Positions 55,815 to 64,000 of a DNA stretch of 64,000 nt are shown piece after piece. Under the pieces are notes generated by a model that did no database searches, was not told the origin of the DNA, and worked only from the letters and a program-made list of their open reading frames with translations. Numbering within the stretch: the first letter of the stretch is position 1; every line of letters begins with the position of its first letter. Both the position numbers and the translations under genes were made by a program. Source of the stretch: Rotaria socialis (lineage: Eukaryota); the NCBI GenBank assembly GCA_905331295.1, contig CAJNYD010000008.1, positions 1 to 64,000 of the forward strand, given 5' to 3'.

Positions 55815-55961
55815 ACAATTATCTATTTACTTTTTCTAAACGTTTAGCGTTATGATGAAAGAATAAAAGGCCTTCATAATTTTTGTCTTTCTAAAATAAA
55901 GCATTTATTCATCGGACTTCTCTATGACATCTATTTTTTTTTGTTTTTTTTTCATAGATAA

Positions 55962-56483
55962 ATGACTGAGAGCATGGAAGATTCATCATCAAGTTGTGAT
56001 GAAACATTAGTCGACGAAGAAGATTTAAATAAATTTACAACAACATTAGATCAATTTACACCTGCTATACCAGAAACAGTAACAAAATTTTACATGAGAC
56101 AATGTGGATTACAAGCCGATGATGAACGTGTTGTGAAATTAATGTCAGTGTCGGTTCAAAAATTTATGACAGGTACGATCAGAGACTGAAAAACAAAATA
56201 GAATTTTCTAATGATTTGTTTTATTTTAGATATTATAAATGATTCTTTTCAATTACATAAAATACGAGAAAAATCTACTAATCGACCAGCACCAGTTGCA
56301 GCGGCGGCTGCTGCCCCTGCCCAATCAACAACAGAAGCAACAACGACGACAGATTCAGCCAGCAATGTTGCAAGTGGGAAAAAACCGATCGGATCAACGA
56401 ATCAAACATTAACGCTGAGTGATTTAACACATGTTCTAGATGAATATGGAATTAATGTTAAAAAAACATTTTATTATACATAA
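55962..56483 (+). CDS. TAF10: TFIID subunit TAF10 (exons 55962-56172, 56230-56483)
   Basis: LDQFTPAIPETVTKFYMRQCG...DERVVKLMSVSVQKFMTDIINDS...TLTLSDLTHVLDEYGINVKK.FYY. Confidence 0.93.
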
Positions 56484-59170
56484 TGTAAATAGAAAAGAAA
56501 ATTTTCTTGTGTATATGTACAACTGTTTTCTTCTTTCTGATCATTGAATAAACAGCTGACTGTCACGCGATTCAACGATTTCTTGCTGACATTCGTTCGA
56601 AATTATAAAAACAATCGTTAGGGCTTCTCTATTGAGTGAATACTACAATGGAATTCTTTTTTGCAATTTGGTATCATGAAACTCTAGTAAAATAGGTGCC
56701 GTAGAATTTTTTCTCTCATTATCATCAATACACAAGAGTCTGTATGGCAGAACAAGTTAATAAAGAGTTCCTATAGATTCGACATCCAGAAACATGTCTG
56801 GTTGTTGTACTTGGTGTAGACCTTCAATTTGATCGTATAAAGTCAAAGAAAAATACAAAAATCTGACATGATCAGGCTTCTTGAAAACCGTTCTTGCTAG
56901 AAAATTAACTTAATACACGATTCTGCATAGAGATCTTTCTTTCTGATGACTCAAAGGAACAGCGATAATGCTAAATATTGCATGTTTACTTTTATTCGAA
57001 TACATCTTCAAAATATCTATTATGGGTGGTTATGGTAATTTACGAAATTTATAAAAGAGTAGTTGGGTGTGGGTTTTCTCTTTTTTTGCAGAGGCAAAAA
57101 CCATACTCACACCCTCACTTTGGTTGAAAATGATCGTATCAGATCGAAAATGTTCACATTATGATAAAATAAAAGATTTTTGCATTAAAATAATTCTACA
57201 TTTGTTGGTTGATTAGAAATTGAATTAAGAAGCTCATGTAAAATTTCATTCACACTGTGACATTATTTTGCTTATGGCAACTTTTTTCGTTCCTTTCAAG
57301 TTCTTTCTGTATTGATTGTCTCACATGATTCTTGTCTGAGCAGCATTGAAGCACACAATTGCCGAGAATGAAAGAGAAAATGACTGTTTCGCCATTGCTT
57401 CCGTTTTGGTACTTGTAATTCGAGAACGTAGGAAGGTTATTTTTAAGCAGGAAAAAACCGTTTGAATAAAATGTATTATATATATCTTCAAAACACTGTG
57501 CAGCAACACTAAGAAAATTCAAGCTTCATCAATTTCAAATGTATTTTTCTTCTGCAAAAGCAGATATGTTCCAATTATGAGTATCCATGTACCTAGCACT
57601 CTTTTGAGAAAAGTGATAGTAATGAAAACCACGAACAGAGCCAAACTCGCGTTTATAAATCATTTATTTTTCAATAGCTTCATTATTGTTAATGTATTTT
57701 ATTTTAGTTATAGATGTTACTATCGAAGCCATTTTGCCAGTGACTATAACAACCAGTTGGCTCAAGGAATACAGCATTAAATTTAGAGCGATTTGGACAT
57801 TGTACGAAATTTTACCGTGAGTCTAGGGATGTACCAATTCCTACAACATGGTATTAAAGATAACATTTTTTCTTGATGAACAGTAGAATTGTTTGTGGAT
57901 TTTCTATTTCGTCTAAGATCAGTTTTTTGCTGTATTCAAAACTAGTGGAAATTCACGAAACATTGAGCAAAGGTTTCGGAGTTGATATGGAGTTGGCTGA
58001 AAATTCAAATTTTCAAGGTGTTTTCGACCAACTCCTATCAATCTCAAGTCAATTTCAGGATACAGTTGCAGATCAGCGAAAGTAAATAGCGAAGAACGTT
58101 TCAGCGACATGTAAAATCAGTAGAAAAGCAAAATCAGAGAAATCTTTTTCCGCGAAAAAATTCCCATAGCGAAAGACAAAACACCTGAATCGAAAATAGC
58201 AAAATCAGTATTTATAATCAAATAGAAAATAATTTATGCCAGATTTAGTAAGCAAAGGATATAGCATACGTGGATAATAAGTAAAGGGAGAAAAAAGAAA
58301 ACTTTGAGAAACTAATACTGCAAATGAAATGTTCCACCTCCAGTTGGCATTTTCAATGAAGGAGAATCCATTGGCATCAGTTATAGCACGCATAAGAGTC
58401 AGTGAGGTCTGGGAGAGATTAGGAAGAGCAAGTTCTGCTTGATGTAGACGCTGTAATTGTTACGGTATGAACTCGATCAATCGCTTTCATCTTAAGAGTT
58501 TGGAGTTCGATCTGTTCTGATGGATATATGCTGATAATGCCCAGTGGCTTTGAGAAAAAGATCGCTCTTATACGTGTGAACGCTGACTGCACAGCCAGTC
58601 GCATGAAAAGCCCAATACTTAACTTGTATCATCGATTTTTAAGCAGATTGACATGTTCCAATTAAACGAATCAATAACTTGTCTCGATTCCAAATAGTAA
58701 AAGAGAGCGATGTTGAATCAGCCATATTCATTTAGTTGACCGAAGAAAATGCACAGTGTATATATCAGCGAGATAGTATCGTGCATGATAAAATATTTAC
58801 GTAAAAGAGAAAAGAATAGAACATGTCAGCGGATCAGAAATAAGAGAAAAACAAGGGCTGCATGTAGTATACACATTCATCATAATGAGTCACTTTCATC
58901 AATAAAAAGACAATGATCATTGTGGAAAGAAAACTTTCGCGGAGAAACTTTTCCTAATATGTTTTTCGCTGCGGACACCACATCGTTTCTTATAGAGTAA
59001 ACGAACTGGTCGTGAACAGTATAGAAAATTCGCGAACAATCGCATTCTTCATTAGGAAAAATGTTACTTTTAATATCATGCTTTAGAAATCCGTGAATGA
59101 TTAAGTGGTACTATTTTTCTTCCTACATTAAGGTCTGAAACGATCAATAGAGCATAGCTGACATTTGAAA

Positions 59171-60951
59171 ATGCCAAAAATGTATAGGCTTGCACTTTCT
59201 TCCTCTACCAAACATAGAGCTTCTAAAGGTTCTATGGCAAGGAGAAGATCTCGAACTTCACCACTACAAAGAAGAGGCTCTTTCAAATCATCGTTGTCAA
59301 GGGGCAGATCTCAAACACCACCACTACAAAGAAGAGGCTCTTTCAAATCATCGTTGTCAAGGGACAGATCTCAAACACCACCACTACAAAGAAGAGACTC
59401 TTTCAAATCATCGTTGTCAAGGGGCAGATCTCAAACTCCACCACTGCAAAGAAGAGGCTCTTTCAAATCATTGGCATCAAGGAATATATCACGAACTCCA
59501 TCACTGTTGAGAAAATCCTCGGAGAATTCAGTATTTACAACAGATGGTCTCTCAGGTCAGTTGTGATAGACACCATTGTGATGCCTAATGCTAACACACT
59601 CTGTATTACAGATGTTCTCCAGACTATTGATTTTCCTGTGCGTTCAAATGTTCAGATTCGTAAGGGGGATTTGACGAAGCAAAAAGTAAGCTAATTTTTT
59701 CTCTACGCCAGAGGTACAGTCGGTAAGGTTTTTTTCTAGACCAGTACTGATACCGGTCAGACCAGCATGAGTCATTAATGACTTTTGAGTGTGGATGTGA
59801 GCGTGGGTGTGAGCCTATCACATTGAATGGGTCAATACTCGTACCTGCACCCTGATGGGCACCCTTATGCTACCCTCACTCTCACATTTATCCTAATTGC
59901 TATTCGACCGTTAACATCACCCACACTCTCACCAAAATGCTACTATATCACTGTAGTGGCTGGTTTTGTTAGAAATTTATAATTTTTTTCGCGAAATTGA
60001 ATATTGCCACAAATTCAAATAGCCCAACATAAGATCATTCTGCGTTTTTGGTTTTTACAGTTTACTCAGTTATTAATCCAAACACTGGCTATTCAATGCG
60101 ACAGTTTTAGTCCTCTTCAATGTTTTAAATATATTTTCATCCTCAGTGGTGTGCCATTTCTGAGTAACCATAACATATCAAGAGAAAATTCGAGTGGTTA
60201 AAATTATTCGAATCAGTCCGATTCCGTCGATCACAATTTTCTCGGGATTCAAACTTCACCGAAAAAATGCTTTCACTAATTCCAATGATTCATATCCACA
60301 CATATATACATCTACACCCACATTCCACACTCATTTTGATGTTGCCGGCGGCAAATATTCTTCCAGTAAAGTTGAAATTCGGCGAAAATGGAAATACCCA
60401 AATTGTTCTGAAGGCTTTTTGCTAGATTTCCATTCAGTGAAGAATATGCCAATTTTTTTTGATCTTTTTAGGTTGATGTGATTGTAGTGTGCTTGTCATC
60501 AGATATACTGAGAGAATATGTATTACAGGCAGCTGGTTCTGATGTACGAAAGCAATATGAAAAAGGTAAAAGAACAACAGATCAAGCTTTGGCCTTATGG
60601 TCTCCAGTCTTGCCATGCCAACAAATTTTATTCCTGCCATGGGTACCAAGTCAACATGATGTGCTCCTGGAACAGAGCATAAGAGAGTTTATAGCGTTAG
60701 CAATTCAGTATGTGCTGGACCAAAACTATACAAGTGTAGCATTTCCGGCAATCGGTTGCGGTCGGTTCGGTTTAGATATCGCATTCATAGCTGCATCAAT
60801 GTATCATCATATTATAATAGAAAAATATCCGATAAATATCACATTCGTTATACAACCGTCGCACCAGGAAGTATTTGATGCTTTTCAGAGAGCTCAAGGT
60901 AATCAAATGTCAGCAGTATCACAGGTCAGATTTTTCTATCACCCGAGGTAA
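59171..60951 (+). CDS. Macrodomain protein (PARP14/macroH2A-type macro fold) with N-terminal Arg/Ser repeats; exons 59171-59555, 59612-59685, 60472-60898 or 60951
   Basis: Splicing joins the repeat exon in frame to DVLQTIDFPVRSNVQIRKGDLTKQK|VDVIVVC...SVAFPAIGCGRFG...ITFV (macrodomain hallmarks). The 3' end is uncertain. Confidence 0.75.
59246..59505 (+). repeat. Coding 60-bp tandem repeat, ~4.3 near-identical units
   Basis: Units start at 59246, 59306, 59366, 59426 and (partial) 59486; they encode RSQTPPLQRRGSFKSSLSRG. Confidence 0.95.
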
Positions 60952-63900
60952 CTTCTATTGATATTTTTATTTGTCACATCGAAACTAAAACACCCGAAAA
61001 CGGAAACATAGGGCCACAGAAACTGTCATTAACGAGTAACAATATAATTTTTGCGGGAAAAAGACTGCTCCCATTAAGGAGCCAAAGCTGTCACTCTCTC
61101 TAAGGTCCCATTTTTATATCATGGTCTTGTAGCTTGGGTCCAGTTACATGTTTAGAAATATTGTTGTTTTTCGACAGACTATTACCTACATAGAGAAGCG
61201 AATATTTCTATTATGGACGACAAGGTCTAATCGGGACCAGAGTTGCTCGTCATGCCTGCTATCTGCCAGGCTAAAGTTCTGAGTCTGGGTGTGATTTAAC
61301 ACTAATATTTACAGTAATCAACTCTAGAAATGAGACGACTTCACGAAACAATTATGGTTCCTTTTAAAATTTTTTGTTGATCATTAATTCAAATCAATGT
61401 TTTCATACGTTTTATACGGTCATTTGGCCGCATTTGTTACTATTAACTTTTCATTTCTCTGGCACTCAGAATTTTCAATATCTTCTTAAATTTTTTGAAT
61501 TTTCTCCTTTGATGATAGACAACTACTATTATTTTTAGCTCTTTTTTGTGCCAAAACTATTTAAAGTTCTTCGTACTGGTTCAATATTACACTACGGAAC
61601 ATTGCGCTACTCAGTTAAAAAGTTCCATGATTCCAAGAGCTAGTATACACTAGAGTCGAATCTAGAATTTCGTTTAATGAAAATGACGGAGAATCAGGCC
61701 CTGCCTACTTGAAAAATCATCGTGTGAATAAATTCATTAAACCGTAAGATTAGTAGGGACTTTTAAGAAAATTTTGATGAGTTCTCATTTGTACGCATTT
61801 GTGATTGAAGATACCTTACATATCAGTAAGCACTTTAGATAATTGATACTTTCCATATTTAGTTATAACTTTATTTAAAAAAACAAATTTCCACATCCGA
61901 TTCTTGAATTTCAACATCTACTTGATTGATTAAATATTTGTAAGTGTTTCATTTCAGAACTCAGGCCCGTAGTCTTGCGTCAAAGATTTTCTTAAAATCG
62001 ATCTTAAAATTGATTCATGACTGCTCTTAGTTGAAAATTGGCATCCTGAACTCTATTGCTCTCATGAGCACATATCAAATGAATAATTTATACTTATTCA
62101 ATAAATTAATGCTAATTTGTAAATTTCATCGTTATAAAACATTTGAAATATTATTTCGTCTAGTTTGGTCTGCAGACCATCCCGGGCTGAAAAAAGTTGT
62201 CCTATTGGCAGCTCTGATTTATAACCATGGATCACAATTTTCTTTATGACGAAGAAAGGTTTTGAAATTCTGATTTTACATATAGAACGGCTTGTCCGAG
62301 CGTAACGCGGTGACGTTTTCTTCACCATTTTTTAAAATTTTCTCAGCAATTAGATTACTTAGAATGTGTGTTCTTTCGTTGGAAGATGTCTCTGTCTTGT
62401 TCAAAATATCTGAAAATATGAGCTCTGTTGTATGAGCCCTTCGAAAACTATAGCAACAATAGTTGAAAAAATGCTATTACGAAGAAAAGGAGTAGAGTTC
62501 TGGGCGATGTGGCTGTTCTTAATTTTTCTGTGAATATTCTACAGCATCGAAAGGAACTTTCACTAGGTATTTTATACCCGACAGTCTGAGGTTTGCGATG
62601 AACAAAAACATTTTCTCGCAGTCTTCTCATTTTAGCAAGAGACTTGCTTCATTAATGTAACGCGATGACGGTTTCGTTGCACGATGACGATGACTTTTGT
62701 ACTGTAATTTTTTGCCGTGATTCTCTATTATAATACAATTCCGTTTGCCGGGCATTTGGTAACTAACATTATCGCGGTTATAAAATTTAATGATTAATTC
62801 TTTTAATGCAGTCGATAATGATTGAAAACTAAGCTTTTCAAATTTACCAAATAATCACCCAGATTTATACGTTGTTGACTATTGATTGTTAAAGCGTTCT
62901 AACTTTAATTTGTCACGATATTTATATGATGCCAGCTTTTGTCGAAGATGTAGTTTCTATAATGAAGCACTTATTAATTTTCTACGCATTTAAGGGTGTG
63001 GGTGTGCATGTAGATGTGTGGGGACGGGGATGGATGTCACTGTTCCTCCAGTCTGCATTCATATCTACACCCCAAATCCGTCTTTAGTTAAATCAAGAAG
63101 GTGCTCTACGATATTGATTCGATTCGTGATTTTATCAAAGTAATATAACCTTTTTGAAGTAATGATTATGACAGAAAATCAAAAATAAGCGGTTCTCGAA
63201 ACTCACACTCGATTGCAATTATACTAGGCTAATCTTAAATAAAATATCGATGTATAGGATATTAAAGCAGCAATACACCTCATTGTAACATTTTATATGC
63301 GAAGCGATTTTTTGTAAAAGAAGCCTATTTTATCTCACCCACATACTACTAAACTTTCCGGAAACGTCGAAATTCGTGTAACACCAGTTGAAAAATAGTT
63401 AATAGTACAAAACTTGAATTTGAAAAATTCTGTTATCCATATATACTTAAATTTTCAGTGGCTTAACATTTGAATAACTTGGTTCAGATCAATCATTAGC
63501 GGCTCATATTTTAGATTTGGTAGTTATTCATGGAAGGGGATAAATTCACCTGAATATAGTTCAGTAAATCCACTGACATGACAATCAGTTTCATTTGAAA
63601 TAATCAGTGTTTTTAAAAATCTTTGGAGTTTTTCTGGGTAACTGTAATTTTCATCCAGTGTGAAAAGTGCTAATAATAATAACCACTCTCTATTTAAAAA
63701 ACGTTGAGGTCAACTTTTGATTGCGACAACTCCAGAGAAATAAGACTTCTTCATCAAATAAGCACCTATCTCTGAGACAAAAATAATGTTTTTCTTAATA
63801 TCATTTGCAAAAAACGAGAAAACTAACACTTGGGCCTCATTACTCTATTAAAACTGTCATAGGCGAAATTCAACAATTTGCTGTACAGAATTTAAACATC

Positions 63901-64000
63901 TAGACTTTACAACTATATTTTTGACTGACTTACTCACGTGGCATTGTCATACATCATATTAAAACACAAATAATCTTCTTTATTATTATTTTCAGCGTCG

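Noticed and set aside
58200..58780. Possible decayed F-box-like gene on the minus strand
   Set aside because: Only a faint resemblance (LFYYLESRQVIDSF) with many stops; unsupportable without a search.
59190..59510. His-rich alternative-frame ORF (HHHYKEEALSNHRCQG repeats)
   Set aside because: A by-product of the 60-bp repeat; splice phase to the macrodomain exon supports the Arg/Ser frame.
62050..63780. Coding-like minus-strand fragments (possible decayed transposase or gene)
   Set aside because: Frameshifted and stop-ridden, with no catalytic motif or termini identified.

Overview
This is AT-rich eukaryotic DNA with many short (~50-60 nt) GT-AG introns. Gene content (TPR repeat family, EF-hand/Pro-rich family, TGTGGG-like motifs) suggests a bdelloid rotifer; that assignment is inference. 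In order, the window holds: the 3' end of a TPR gene with premature stops; a repeat block with a CG palindrome and a 53-bp minisatellite; a TRAF-like RING pseudogene; an FRRS1-like cytochrome b561; two tandem, highly diverged Maelstrom (piRNA pathway) genes; a truncated COX5A; DHRS7B; Homer; a GPI-like FN3 protein; two convergent EF-hand/proline-rich paralogs; a Sidestep/nephrin-like Ig receptor; two PLAC8/cornifelin genes; CTP synthase with a nested antisense gene and a MITE in one intron; an atypical class I aldolase; TMEM205; TAF10; and a macrodomain protein with Arg/Ser tandem repeats. The most notable observations are: the Maelstrom pair; ~100-220 bp same-strand gene spacing with splice acceptors just before the ATG (candidate SL trans-spliced operons); and an aldolase that keeps its catalytic and P1 residues but lacks P6-site residues and the C-terminal Tyr tail. 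Both N positions are preceded by exact inverted copies of nearby sequence, probably amplification or assembly chimeras. All gene models were built by eye without databases.
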